A stretch of 64,000 bases of DNA from Chrysomallon squamiferum (taxonomy: Eukaryota; Animalia; Mollusca), in the NCBI GenBank assembly GCA_012295275.1, contig CM022672.1, forward strand, positions 10,912,001 through 10,976,000, read 5' to 3'. Each line of letters begins with the position of its first letter. The first letter of the stretch is position 1. The notes under the pieces are model-generated. The model saw nothing but the letters and a program-made list of their open reading frames with translations, made no database searches and was not told the DNA's origin. Both the position numbers and the translations under genes were made by a program. Below are positions 1 through 43,300 of this stretch, piece by piece.

Positions 1-376
1 TATGCCATATCACAAAATTCAAATTTAATGAATAAAACATACTTAAGATTTCCAGATGCTAATAATGACATAGCAATAACAAAACAAAAACAAACAAAAA
101 TGTATAGTTTTATTTTTTGGAAGGTTATGCAGGTTAATGATAATTTGTTAAGTTATTATAAAACTTTATTATTAACAAAGATTGGAACTATACCATAAAA
201 CAATAATTTGGAATTATACTAATATATTTAAATATATATATCCATATATATTTCCAAACATACATTTTAAGACTTTCAAGAATTTCTCTGTCACGGAAAG
301 ATTTTATTTTAAACGTTCCTTTTGCTAAAACAGCCAAAGTTATTGGACTTATTCTATGACATCACTTTCCTTGCAG

Positions 377-21055
<20,679 letters not shown>

Positions 21056-22171
21056 CAGTGTTAAATATGATATGAACAACTAAAAAACACCAGAGAAACT
21101 ATTGCAATTTTTATTTACACTTTGACCAAGGCATTTTTTTATAAATATCAATTCATTATATATATTTTTATATATTCAATTTTAAAATTGATGGTGTTCT
21201 TTCTTAACCAAATCCTTGTTAGTAAAACTGTTTTATTTTGATCATTATTTTGACATAAAATTAAAATATAAATTCTTCTCTTTTTTTAACTCTTTTTTAT
21301 TTTATTTTTTTATTATTTGTCAGTGTTATGTGATAACTAGTTGATCTGGGCTGGTAACATTCTGAATGAAACAGATACTAAATGAATTTTTAAATTAATT
21401 ATGAGTGTTTCAGACACCTGAAATTGTTAGTCTATTATTACTATTATCGTTTTTCTAATGGCATTCAGAAGCACCACTATCACCTTATGAAAATCCTGCT
21501 TTTCCATTTTTCTTTTATTAAAATGAATTCATATTGGGTTTCTTTCACCTTGTATCAGTGTTTTATATCAACATTTTTATCATGTATTGTAATAAATGAA
21601 CAAATAATTTTATCAAAATAACACATTGATTTATACAGAAATTTTTCTTTCTAAATTTGTTATGTCAAAATGTTCAGTTTAAATGTATTTATATTTGTAC
21701 TTATAATACTCGATTACATCTAATCATTTGTCTTTGGTATATATTTAAATCTGAGATTTAATAGATTTTTAATTTTTTAATCTATATGCTTGCTCAGGTT
21801 TCTTTGTGTTTACTCATATGTGCCAAAAGTGCAGTGTTATTGATAAAATGCTCTGCATAATTTTTAGAAAAATTGTTAATTTTATTGTTTGTTTTTAAAT
21901 GTAATTTAACCATCACTTCTTCTTTTTATTATAATTATATTGTTAATTTTATGAATTTGCTTATAATTTAATATATTTTATCAATTTGTATTTACATAGT
22001 CACTAACGTTAATTATTATAAAATGTGTAAAAATCCAATTTAATGTATGTAATGTGATTATTAATGAAGAATAATAAAATATGTATATTATTTTTGTATG
22101 CTGTTTTCAGTTATCAGAGATTTCTGAGAAGGGATATCTTCCTCATTGTAGAAATAGAAATACAAAAAGAA

Positions 22172-22215
<44 letters not shown>

Positions 22216-22538
22216 CAATAATAAAAATAGTAATAGAGCAATCTGGACACATGCACCCATGGAACCTATTATATATGTTTGAATCAGAATACTATCTTCC
22301 TTTTCTAAATGTGTTTGTGAGTATATTTTACAATTAAACACAGCACTTTCATTGTATATTTACATACTGAGTGTATTTCATTACTGCAAAGGATTGATAG
22401 CTTTATAGCTACTTACATTAGTAATTAGGAGTGATGTATCTTGAAATTTAAATAAATTATTTATGAACCAAATTGTATTAAGTCTGTCAAATGTATTATT
22501 TTTGTTATTTTTATTAAATGAATGTAAAATTATACCTA

Positions 22539-22616
<78 letters not shown>
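22539..22616. repeat. Compound microsatellite (TG)n(TA)n(GA)n
   Basis: Read directly from the sequence. Confidence 0.95.
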
Positions 22617-22619
<3 letters not shown>

Positions 22620-23992
22620 TGTGTTAAAACAAACATAAATGCATACAACTATACAAATACATTCATATATATATATATATATATATTGCTGCTGTTACTA
22701 TTATTACTGCTATTAATTATTTCTATTGTTATCATTTGACTGTAATATGGTGTGTGTTTTAAATGTTCAAAAAATTTTTTTTTTAGAGAACAATCTGTAA
22801 TACTGAGAAAAAAAATCATAAAGATTTGTAATACTATTATATGAATGCTAAGTAAAACAAAACAAAAAAAAAGATGAAGAAAGAAAAAAAACGATCCCAG
22901 TGAGAACTATACTTTCTTACCATTCCTATCTGTAGTGTGGCTGTGTAACCTGTAATAAAATGGACAATTCAAAGGTCCGTAATTTCACAAATATATAAAT
23001 ATTTATACATAAACTGCTCAGATAGCATTCAGTTACAATCACAGAAATGAAATGAAATGTAAAAAAACAAAAAAAAAAAAAAACGGAACAATGTTTCTAA
23101 AATTATTTCAGTTCGACTACTTTATTATAAAACTTCACTTTCAACTGGATTATGAAATCCAAGAAAAAAAAAAAAGTACTTTTAGCAATAGCGTGCAAAG
23201 CCTGTTCTTGATTTATATCTTTAAACTGTTGGACTTTCTCGTATTTAATCAAGACAGGACGTATTTCCGTTCGCATTTGATGAAAAATTCACAGGAAAGC
23301 GGCTAACGTGTCTGTCTCTGATAACCTGTCCACAGAACTGAACAAGTCGGAAATCAGCATCATGTCTCAACTGAACTGTCATGCCAACGGATAATGTCAT
23401 CAGCAGAGTTCAATAACTTTATGAGTGCCTCTTCCATTGATATCGGTCTAAAGCGAGAGAAATAAAAGCGGTATTCGCTAAACGATATCCACTACTTGAC
23501 GTCTGCAGCACCTGTGTGTGGGCTGGATGTCTTTGACGTTATTTAAATGTCATTCCATTAATATCTATCCACTAAATGAACAATTTTCGCCAGTGATTGC
23601 AAAATGTAAATATGTTTCTCTCAAAAGTATTGATGTCATGTTTTAATGCTTCGTACGTGCGTAAGCGCGCGCGTTTGACTTTGAACAACAATCGACCTTT
23701 AACCGTTGAATAAAAATGATGATGGTTATGGGGATGATAATAATAATGTTATTGCTATCATAATAATAATAATTATTATAATTATAAGAAGAAGAATGAT
23801 GATGATGAAGTTAAGAACATTATGATGGTACATGAAGATTACAACAAATAGTAAAAACTAATTTTATGATAGATTAATGTAATGGAGTGTTTTTGTTGGG
23901 GTTTTTTGGTAGGGGAGAGCGGGGGTTATTGTTTTTGATATAAATATTATCCAAAATAAGTTTTATTATTATTATTATTAGAGGTAAACCAG

Positions 23993-24042
<50 letters not shown>

Positions 24043-24889
24043 TAATAATTATAATAAGAATAGCTAAACTAACTTTGGATAATATTTAGCAAATAAATAA
24101 ATAAATAAATTAATAATAGAAATAAAAAATTCATATTATTGTTTTTATATTCGCCATATATAAATTTTTAATTTGGACTATTCATAAGAAACATCAAATA
24201 TATATATTAATAATAGCTAATAGATAAAAGCATTTAATTCATTAAAACTGATTCTTCAACCTCACTATAAACACTTTTTCTGCAGTAGTGTAGCCTTTTT
24301 CAGTTTTTCACTTAAGGAAGTTTCAGTTTATTTGGTAACTGTACACCAACATTGACTCAACCTGTAAGTTTTCGAAGCGATTTCGGATAATCTTAATTTT
24401 ATATAAACATTTAACATAAAGTTAAAACAGAATTTTAACTTTAGTCTTATATCAAATAATCAAGGATAACGTCAATCACATATTAATGATCGTAATACTT
24501 GATCAGTCGGTTACCACTAACGATCTCAAGGATTTATTAAACCAACCTTTTGCGCAGTTAGTAATAATTACTTAAGATACGTACATTTTGTAATCTTAGT
24601 TGTTTATGTAGTATATATTATAACTATAATATTTTTTACTGTTTTAAGAAACAAAAACAATAGGAAGTGTTCTGTTATTAATTGTGGATGTTATTTTAAA
24701 TACAATAGGCAAATCGAGTATAGACATAACGAATTGTATACAGATTGGAAGGGAATCAATCAAATGGATGGTGACCTAAACCTGATGACACTCTTTCTAG
24801 TTGCCTACAACTGTCGAGATCACTAGCACATTAACCTGTACGTCTTCTAACCCAAATCTGTAAGTCTTCATAGAACGTCATCATGGTGA

Positions 24890-25025
24890 TTTAATTGGGT
24901 GATATGAAATACAACGATTGGATAACGTAAGAAGAAACTTTCACTGAAATCTCTGAGATTGGTTCAGAGATCAGTCACATGACCTGATCAATATCTGTGG
25001 ATTTCGTTTTAACCTTATAATTATT
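24890..25025 (+). promoter_or_regulatory. Candidate DBH/TBH proximal promoter
   Basis: Three inverted CCAAT boxes (ATTGG at 24894, 24917, 24958), an extended E-box GTCACATGAC at 24974-24983 and TTATAA near 25015, all within 170 nt of the ATG. Motif-only evidence; the TSS is unknown. Confidence 0.4.
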
Positions 25026-25054
25026 GCGTGAAAAATCACAGACCAATAATTGCT

Positions 25055-33212
<8,158 letters not shown>

Positions 33213-33267
33213 CTCCGGTCTGTGTACGTTACTGAATACATGACACCCGGTGAATTAACCTGGCAAA

Positions 33268-33309
<42 letters not shown>

Positions 33310-33341
33310 GAATTTGAAAGTACTTATATCAAGACTATTAA

Positions 33342-33498
33342 CTGTGTTCCCTCTAAGCTGTGCAGCCGCTGTATTGGAGCTGCGCACATCAAAATATTGC
33401 CGTTGTCAAAATGCAATTGTTTTGGCTGCTGTACATTTCCGTTTTCGGTCAGCATAAAACATTCCACTCAGTGGTTTGGAAAAATGAGAGGAAACGTT
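33342..33498. mobile_element. Possible degenerate MITE (hAT-like termini) in the DBH 3' region
   Basis: Left end TGTTCCCTCTAA versus right end TGAGAGGAAACG: 9/12 match to the reverse complement. No clear TSD. Confidence 0.3.
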
Positions 33499-36400
33499 AA
33501 CCACCATACTAGACACACACACTAGCTTCAGAATTTAATTTTTTTTTTTTTTTTTTTTGTCGATGTTTTGTTAAAAAAACACACAACTTGTTAGACAATA
33601 AATTTCATTCCAAATGACACCAAAGTTATCCTGGAAGTTTGTTGGTACTGGAGATGTAGAGAAATACGTGTACGTTTTGTCAGTGCAACCAAATGTAGTC
33701 AACTCTTTGATTTGGAGATGCGCGTTGTCCTAACTGAATAGCATCTATAAACATATATGGCAGAAATTAATAAATAAATTAATACCATTTAAAAAACATA
33801 ATATGCATAATGTTCTGAGTAGCAAATAGTTTATAATTTATAAAAGGATAAAAAGTTTACAAATGTACTGAACTTCATTTTCTTCAAATTACAAATGTAT
33901 TCTATAATTTGACCAGCTAATGGTGGCACAGTTGACATATCTTACAAAATTGTAACTCCAATCTAGGCAGAATACTCGGGTCAAGATACACCCATGTAAC
34001 ATTCCATGTAAACATCTGGTTTACAAATTTCAATATGGAGAATCTGAATAAAATTTAACTAATCATTTTCTTTCATAAAGATAGTTTATTCTTTTTAAAG
34101 AATTCCTTTATGATGCAAGTATCCAATACAATAATGTATAAAATTATCTCAAAAACGTATTTTCTAATATTTTGAAAATGCTATAAACTACATGAAATAA
34201 AACAGAATGATGCCATTTCATTTAAGATTTATTAATATATTTATTTGTGTATGTATATTACAATAAATTACAGTGACTGGACCAAGAGATTAATCTGGCA
34301 TGTACTGCCTGTAAAAGATACACAGCAGAGTGAAAATTATTTTAAAAAACAACAAAATCAACTGATATTTGTTTTAAATGAAACAAAGATATTCTTGCAA
34401 AAATAATAAAATAAATAAAATATTATCTTTTCATTAATATATATATATATATATATATGGTATTCATGTAGTTTCGTTGGGATATTTGTTTTGGAAAATA
34501 AATTACTTCTTCATTTCTGAAAAATATCAATCTCCATTACTTTTCGTGAATGAAATGATATAAAATATTTCATAATTTAAGAAATATCATTTTAGATTCA
34601 TAATTAACTAAAACTGTGTTTCAGATAATTAGTAATTAACCGTTAGCTTTAGTCTATTACAGGAAGAAGAAAATACAAACAATATGGATATTAAATCATT
34701 TTTAAAATTAATGAAGCCAAAAAAAAAAATTATTTTGTATTTTAATATTTAAAAAAAAAAAAAATCTTATATAATTAATATCAACTAATGTAAATCTACT
34801 TAAAATTATCTTCCACTGTCATTATATTTATATTAGGATAAATTATTTTTAAAAGTGTAAATTATGTAGTTAGCAAACAGGAATAATTAACTGCATGAAT
34901 TCTAAAATCTATGTATTGTTTTATACAGTATTCCTCAGAGCCTTCAACATAAAATGTACAAATTAATACATAAACAGAAGAATTCTTTTATTTATAATCA
35001 TTGCACTATCTTTTGATTTGATAATATTGATAACAATTATTACAATAATAATAATAAGAAGAAAATGAAATTATAATAATAAAGATGAAATCACAAAAAT
35101 AATAATAAGTTGTAACAGTGTAACAGTAATAATAATGTTAATAATACAAAGGCACAATTATGTAAAAACTTTGTTCATATAATTATTTTCAGTTTAAATT
35201 AAAAATGAAATTAATGTTGCCTAATTCCACTAATGTCTCTATTAATTCATTTTATTTTTTTCAGATCATATCTAAAAAATATTTTTAAAAAAACTAGATT
35301 TCTCACTGTAGTTTATAACTTCCTTTTTTTTTTTTTTTTTTTTGTTTAGAGGTCAAAAAAAAAAGAAAGAAGTTCCTCAAGTAGTTTTTTAGTGTCATAA
35401 TTCAACATTCTGATCTTTTCAAAACTGCAAGTAATTTAAAAGAATATTTATTACATCAATAAATAAATGAACAATTATGGCATAAATAGCCTAAAATTAG
35501 TTTAAGTAAATTTAATAAAATGAGCAAAAAAAGTATCTTTAAAACTTTAATTTTCTCTCATCTTTAAAACAAAATAAAAATGTACACTAAAGACAGATAA
35601 CAAACTTAGCAGTGAACACTTAAACTGTCCATATTCAGCATTTAAAGTTTCTATCAAATACTATACTTTTAGTTTTCTGCAGCATAGTGCTGCAAATTAT
35701 ATAAAAGTATATATTCTTAAATATCAGTTACTTATGTTAACCTGACATCTGTGTACTTTTGAATCTTTTTCACACGATAAAATGATTTGCAAGATATTGT
35801 TAATTATGATATTCAGTGTACAAAGTTTCTTTTTACAAACTTCAAAATATTTTGTATAGTATTGATAATTCCCATCAGTAATATAAATTTTGAGCCCGTG
35901 TGTACATGAATGGCTCAGTAAAATGTTATATTTTACTTTTTTTCAATTTCTAAAACATTCTGAAATCCATTTTGTGGAATGTAAAATTCATGATTATTAA
36001 TTACACATCTCAAACACTGATAACATGATGAAAATGAATTGATGTGTTTACTTTAAGAATTATGTAAAAAAAGAAAGAAAAACGAAAAAATAGGTATCTT
36101 CATTTTGAAACTTTAAAATGGAGACTTACTTTGCAAAGAGTTTCACAATCAAAAATATTACAAAAATTAGAATCTTAACGTATACTTGTGGTAGTATTAT
36201 GCGCAACATTTTGGAACTGATAAATCTTAGATATAAATCTTTTATAACAATAAAATATATCAGTGTTATAAAAATTTTGGAGACTGGTTAGTTGAAATTT
36301 TTCCTTCTTGTTACATCATCTGTGTTATTCTTATGCAAATCATACATGTTAACACTTAAAAAAAAAAAAAAATAAAGCTTTGAATTTTTGTTCAGGTTTA

Positions 36401-36780
36401 TATATTATTTCAAAAGTACAAACAGAACTCAGACTATGAATTTTAGAAATTAAATACACATTTGTCTGAGATCTTTCTTCCTCAACCTAAAACATTATGA
36501 AATGCAAATAAAACAGGATTGGAAAAGCAGTTAAGTAATACTTTAAAAAATAATAATGATTATATACACTGAATTTCATTATGGTATATACAAAATGCTA
36601 ATGAACAAATATATATATATACAGATTGTCATATCATACAGAAAAAAACAAGAACAACAAAGACTGTGAAAAAATATTTAGCACTTACAGCATAAAGTTC
36701 ATGTTATTATTGTAATGACCATGACTACTATAAGCCTAATTTTGTTTAAAAAAAATACAAGGAACAAAACAAAATAATTA

Positions 36781-36905
36781 TATTTTGGGTTGGAAGAAAA
36801 GTTCATAGCTTTTTTTTCCACCTTTCAGAATATGTATAATGAAATCACATGCTCAAATACAACCTACTGAAAAACACTATGAACTTTTGGTTGCAACCTT
36901 GATAT
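36781..36905. mobile_element. Mariner-like MITE, ~125 bp
   Basis: Inverted termini GGTTG..AAAAGTTCATAG (36797-36808) and CTATGAACTTTT (36877-36888)..CAACC, flanked by TA. Resembles mariner TIRs of the TATTGGGTTGG..AAAAGTTC type. Confidence 0.6.
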
Positions 36906-39900
36906 AGTGACAAACATATGCATCTCCTTTTTAAATGAACGATAATTTAATTTAAACAGATGGTAATTTAGAAAGAAATAAATCTAACAGTCTGATAAGT
37001 TTAAAAAAATGTACTATTAGTGAGGATAGTTTAAAATATAATACATCATTGAAAAAAAAAAAAAAATAATTTGAGTCATTATTAGCAAAATAATAAAAAA
37101 AAATTAATCATTAATTTTTATTAGTAAAAAAAAAAAACAACAACAAAAGAAAACAAACAAACAAACAAAAAAAAACCTATAAATATCTCCTAAAATTTGA
37201 ATTACTGTTGACCATAGATTTCACAGACTTTTGGTTTCTGGATTTGAGACAATCTGAATGAAATGGGGAAAAATCAATAAATTTGAACTTGGAGCCATTT
37301 CCCACTTGAAACTGTACCTCTAGATGCTATTAAGTTATTCTGAGACCCACTGTATGGTTTTGGCAATCACTTCTCAATCCACTTTCCATAAAATTTTACA
37401 AATGCACCCATAACCATCCTAACCTAGCCTACATTTTTCTTTATATATACTTTTATGACATTTGTTTACATTTTTTTTTTTTTTATGTCTGTATGTTATA
37501 TTATTTTATAGCTGTTACATGTATTAAAATTTAGGTGAATTTTAGGTTATTGTTTACATTTGCAATTTCCCATACTTTGCAATTTTCTGGACCATGTTTC
37601 CCCTTATTGGTTTGTGAAATTGAGAATAAACAATATTCTGTTTTTATTTGATAAAGGCCAATATCAGTGAATGAAATTTTTAATTAAAAGGTTTGTCATC
37701 AAAATGTTACTGAATTACAAGATCCACCGTTTCTAATGTATATATATTATGAATATTACAAATAAATATTATTCTTACTCCCGACAGAAATTTTGGTTCC
37801 TAAATATCTTTTATGTCCAGTCATTTATTATTTAATCTTTAATCAACAATAGTAAACATGATTTAATTTTCACAAAATTTTCTTTGTTAACATCATTAGA
37901 TCAAATACTGTATTTTACCTGATATTATTAAAAAAAACAAGAAATATAATAATAAAATAAATAATAACTATAAATAAATAATTAAAAAAAACAACATTAA
38001 TTTAATAATAAAAAAATCCAGACTGTCCCTTAAATATTATTTCAAGCAAAATAGTTAAGCAATTATCATAACGATATCAAATTATTTCATAATTGATCTA
38101 TCTTAAATCAATCAACTAGGGTGAGGTGTTTTGATTAATACTCATGATATTTTGACTCATCCATCTGCTAAAATGATATATTACTCCTCTAACAAAGAAT
38201 TCTGTAATCTAAAACGGGGATACTAAAAGAAAGAATAAAGTATTAGAAAAGTGTTGACAAATTAAAACAAATCTCAAAACAGCTGTGTAAATTTCATATT
38301 ATAAACGTTCTGATAGTAGTACATTTCAATAATTACAAAAGACCTAAGTATTAAATAATGTAAAAATGAAGATTTAAAAAATAAACAATACAACAACAAT
38401 AAAAAAAAAAAAATAAAATTCAAGAACAAATATCAGAACATCATCTGAAATTATTACATTTTATATTATTTGACACTGAAAGCACCTTCCTTGAAACAGT
38501 TATCAAATTTAGCATAAATGAATACTTTAATGACTGAAAAGAACAAAAATCTGCTTTGAAGAAAAAGTTACATGATAGTTCAAAGAAAAGTTCTGGTGCT
38601 TAAAGTATTATTAAAAATATTCTGTTATATTAATATGAAAATATTTGTTAATAAGAAAACAATTATGAACATGATTTCAGATTATTTTAAATATAATTAC
38701 AGTTTTGTATAAAGTGAGGTGCAATAAAATTAGATATGAAGTAAATGTAAATGAAAACTTGGCATTGTATTTACACTATTTCAAACATTTAAGATTTTTT
38801 AATACATATTTTATTATTTCTGTATGAATATTAATAAGTAATGATCTAACAAGTTCCTTTAAACCCAGGCAAATGAAATGTATGATAAAATACAATGTTA
38901 AAGTATTTTCTTAAATATAAAATCACTGGGTTTAAATTTATCTTTGTCATGGTCTTTTATGTAGGTGATTAAACAAAATTTCTATTTACTTTATTATAAT
39001 ACATCTACATCACTAAAAATTCAAACTGAATTAATTCTGAAATGCATGCACAATTATCATTTTTTAATCTCCAATTCAAATCCATTTCAGTTTAATTTGA
39101 TCCACTTCAGTCATTCATTGGGAACAAGAACTAAATTATATTACATTAAGGTAATAAAGTAACTGTCATTAACCAAACATCTATCACCCCATCTGTAGTT
39201 ATACCAGAAAAACAACAACAAAACTCAAATCTTAACACTGATGGTCCCTGTTTTTGACTATACGTATTCATCACTTTCAGCAGTATAATGGTAAAATCAT
39301 GCCACTTAAAAGTCTGCAACTTTCCATTTTTGATACGATTATTTTTAAAATTTTCAACAACAAATCTGATAAAAGAAATAAAAAGGGATTTAAATTTTCT
39401 TAGAACTCAACCGGTATTTTAATGAAGTTGATGATTTTTTTTTTTTTTAATTTTCAATTTGCGTAGTCTGGAAGATGTTTGATGAAAGAACAAAAAAAAA
39501 AAAAAAAATAATAATAATAATAAAAAAATATATACATGATAGTGATGATTTCCTTATTCACAAAACCCCCCCCAAAAAAACACAAAAAAAAAATCAACTC
39601 TTAAATCAGAAATTTTTGTTTAGAAATTAGTAAAAACCTGATTGATAATCTGTTTAAATTATTTTTCCACTCTGTTACAACAAAACTATTTTTTTTTTTT
39701 TTTCAAGTAATTGTAACATGAGTAATCTAATACTAAGATTAATTTAATTAATTGTTGTATTTTAAATCCAGTTTTCTGATAAACAATAATTTTAGTTCTG
39801 TTTCAAATGTAAATTAAGAAAAGGAAAGAAAAAAAAAAGCCATTCTAGCTTTTAATAGATTATGAATTGCAAATATTTTTTATAAATAATTATGTTAGCA

Positions 39901-40179
39901 GTATTTTTCTTCAATGTCCCAAAATTTTAATATTAAAAACAATCTGACATTAATTGATTAACTGATGACCTCTAAAATAGTATAGATTGTGAAAAATGTG
40001 GTACTAAAATGAAATCCTTATCTTCAGAAACAAAACAAAACAAAACTTCCACCCCAAAAATAAAAACCTCAAATAAAACATTCAAATAATTTTGAAAATC
40101 AAAATATCTTCTCTTGAACACAATTTGATGCTTTGGCCTTCACTGTAAAAATAATTATTCACATTCCATTTTTTGTTTT

Positions 40180-40240
<61 letters not shown>

Positions 40241-40336
40241 ATATATGTATATACATATATGTATATGATTTCTTAATCCATTATTTTTTAGTCATATTTG
40301 TTAATACAAACATAAAATAGTTTTTCGAACTGCCAT

Positions 40337-43300
40337 CTACATATCTTTTGCAGCATTTTCTCCCTTTAATAACTCAACAAGGAGGCCACAAGATGTCATG
40401 TTAGCAGGGAGACGATTGAGCAGAAGTTCTTTGCCAATAAAACTAATGCGAGCAAGCTCTGGGAGACGTAACAACATTTCTCCATACTTGAGTGGTTGCT
40501 GTGCACTGTGAACTGTTGTATAGATGTATAATGCTTCTGATAATTTTTCCTGGTGTTCCATTATTTTATTTGGATCCTTCAAACCCTTAACATCTGAAAT
40601 TTATAAAACAAAAAAAAAAAAAAAATAAAAAAAAAAAAATTAAATATTAAAAAAAAATAATAATAAAGAAATTAAATAAATAAATAAAGAAATAATAAAG
40701 AAATTAACAAAAAGAAAGGAAAATTAAAAACTGTTTTACTAATTAGTTTTTCTTTTAATTTTATTAATATTAATGGCAAATATTGTTAAAAATACCCACA
40801 TATTTTGAAGCAATGACACAAAGAAAAATTCAGAAGAAAAACAATAAATTCAAATAATTAAAGAAGAAGAAAAACAAGTCAAACAAAACTTACCAGGAGA
40901 GATAAGCAAGAGAACTTTAAGAGCCACATATTCATACTTGTCCACTTTGAGTTTTCTAAAATGTTCTGACAAAGAGATTAATTTATAAGCCAAATCCTCA
41001 AATCCAAGTTGCTTGGCTCTCTCCAGTGACAGTGATTTCCCTCCTGTCAGTGCAATGGCTCCTGGGTAATGTATAGATCGCCAACTCACTCCCAGGCACA
41101 AAAGATCAGACCAGCAGTTTTGTAAAAGTAGTATCTGGTCATCCGTCTTCGAAAAAATGAATAAAAGAAAGAACATGAAATCACAATAATGATATAATGA
41201 TATAATGAAACAAGTCCATGGCAAAATACAATTTACTCTTGCTTAACATCATATAAAATTGAATGATGTTTCTTATTTATGAATTTTTTTATGCACAACA
41301 TTATTTTAAACATAACAAATCTTTTGAGAGCTTAAACAACAGACTGAACTAAATTTATGTATTAATAGCATACTGCAGGATTGTTAAATATTATAAGATT
41401 AAAAAAGAAATAGCTGAGTATTATTTGTTATTCTTCTATTAATGATTTATATCAGTGAAAAAATATAAAATAAACAGCAAAATATATTAATAACAACACT
41501 AATCTGAAACTAATTACTGCTGACAAAAATACCAATATTTTTATAAAGGATTTTAAAGAAAGAAAGAAAAATTTATGACTAAATATATAAGATTTTGTAA
41601 ATTATATGATGCAAATTTAGGATGTGACAATTGTTTAAGAATTTATAAGATGCAATATGATGATGAAAATAATGAGAAAATTAATTACCGAGATAGCTCC
41701 AAACTGGGGCAAATTTCGAGCCCACCGCACCAGCTTGTACAGACGCAATTCTGTTATTTGCATCAAGTATGTGTACAGACTTTCTTCATTGTCTTCAATT
41801 CCTTCAGGAATCATCTCCAAAGGAATCTCCTCATCTGACAGCAGAGGTTCCAAATTCATAATGTCTGTCAGAAGTTCTGGAACATTTGTAGATCCCAGCT
41901 GTTCTGTGCTTGAATGATTTAATATTGCCACAAGCTGACTTTTGGACACTTCGACCTGGTTACTGTTGTTAAATGAATACTGAGTGTTGTCGTCTGCTTT
42001 ACGGGGAACAGGGTATCGCTTTATTTTTTTGGGAACAGGAGAGTTTCTTGGTCTGCCGTGAGGAGAACATCCATCATAGGAACTTCTGCCTCCCCTGGTT
42101 CTGTCCTGCCTGATTGCTGCAATTTAGTGTTGTTATTATTATTTCTTAAATACATTTTTAAAAAGTCAAACATAAATACTGAAAAGTAAAATTTAGATTT
42201 TAAGAATTTCTCCTTCCCCTAATTGCCTTAATTATTATTACCTTTTTTTAATTATATTTTTAAAAAGTCATTCATACATACTAATTTAGCATTTAAAAGT
42301 AATTTATATGAAAAAAAAAATTGTATTAAATAGAAAAAAATGTTATAATCTAAATACAGATGTTAATGAAACAAAAACATTTTTTTATTTAAAAAAAAAA
42401 AAAAAAAAAAATATATATATATAGTAACTAAGTTTTGCTATAGGTCATAATCATAATTTTTAAATGCAATGAGATGTTTTAGATCCCAAAACAATTAAAA
42501 AAATATTTATTTAATCTAGCAGCACTCTCTATTAATATAGAAATCCAGAATTATAACAAAACAAAATAAACAAAAATAAACAAAAAATAAAAAAGAATGA
42601 AAAGGAAAACAAAAGAAATGCACAATGACCTATTTATTACATGTAAATAAAATGTTTTACTTACCTTCAATTTTCATTCCAGCGATAACACACTTGGTGA
42701 ATCTACATGCAGGGCACTTTTTTCTGTTGTAAATGTTAATATCACATTCTCCTTGCCGGTGACAGATAAACGATTTTTTGTTCTGAACAGTTCTCTTGAA
42801 AAATCCTTTACAACTTTCACAAGTGAAAATTCCATAGTGGTAACCTATAAAGTAAATTATGATAATATATATAATTTTATTTAGATACATTCACAAAACA
42901 AAGGTACAAACACAAACAGACAAATTCTGTGATCACTGTTTTACACATATACACACATCAGATTTCATAAAGTAAAAAAAATTAAAAAAAATTAGACAAA
43001 TCTAACTTGAAAATAACGCAATTTATAGAAAAATAAAACTTGAAAAACAAACAGCTGGTTTCTGGAAAACCTATATTAGTGGAATTAAAATGCTTTAAAA
43101 TGAGGGGGATTTCTTTAGTGTTTCCATTTAGATTTCCAATAATTTGTAATTTATACTGAAAAAACTTACCTGAAATTCTATCCATGCAGATCGGACATGG
43201 TTGACCTAGTTCTGCCATGTCACTGTTTTCAGGTCTACTTGACTGAATATTCTCAGATGACATCTCCATGACGATGTGTTGTTGCCCTCCTGCCTCCGAC

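Noticed and set aside
22064-22341. Poly-Asn/poly-Leu ORFs, and similar ORFs at 27895-28314, 31623-31859, 57141-57362 and 62245-62673
   Set aside because: They derive from (AAT)n/(GAT)n microsatellites or are antisense or off-frame to real exons.
33267-33306. AATAAA merging into a ~37-nt A-tract just after the DBH stop (possible retrocopy tail)
   Set aside because: The gene retains all its introns, and long A/T tracts are common throughout the window. It matters mainly as an oligo-dT mispriming site.
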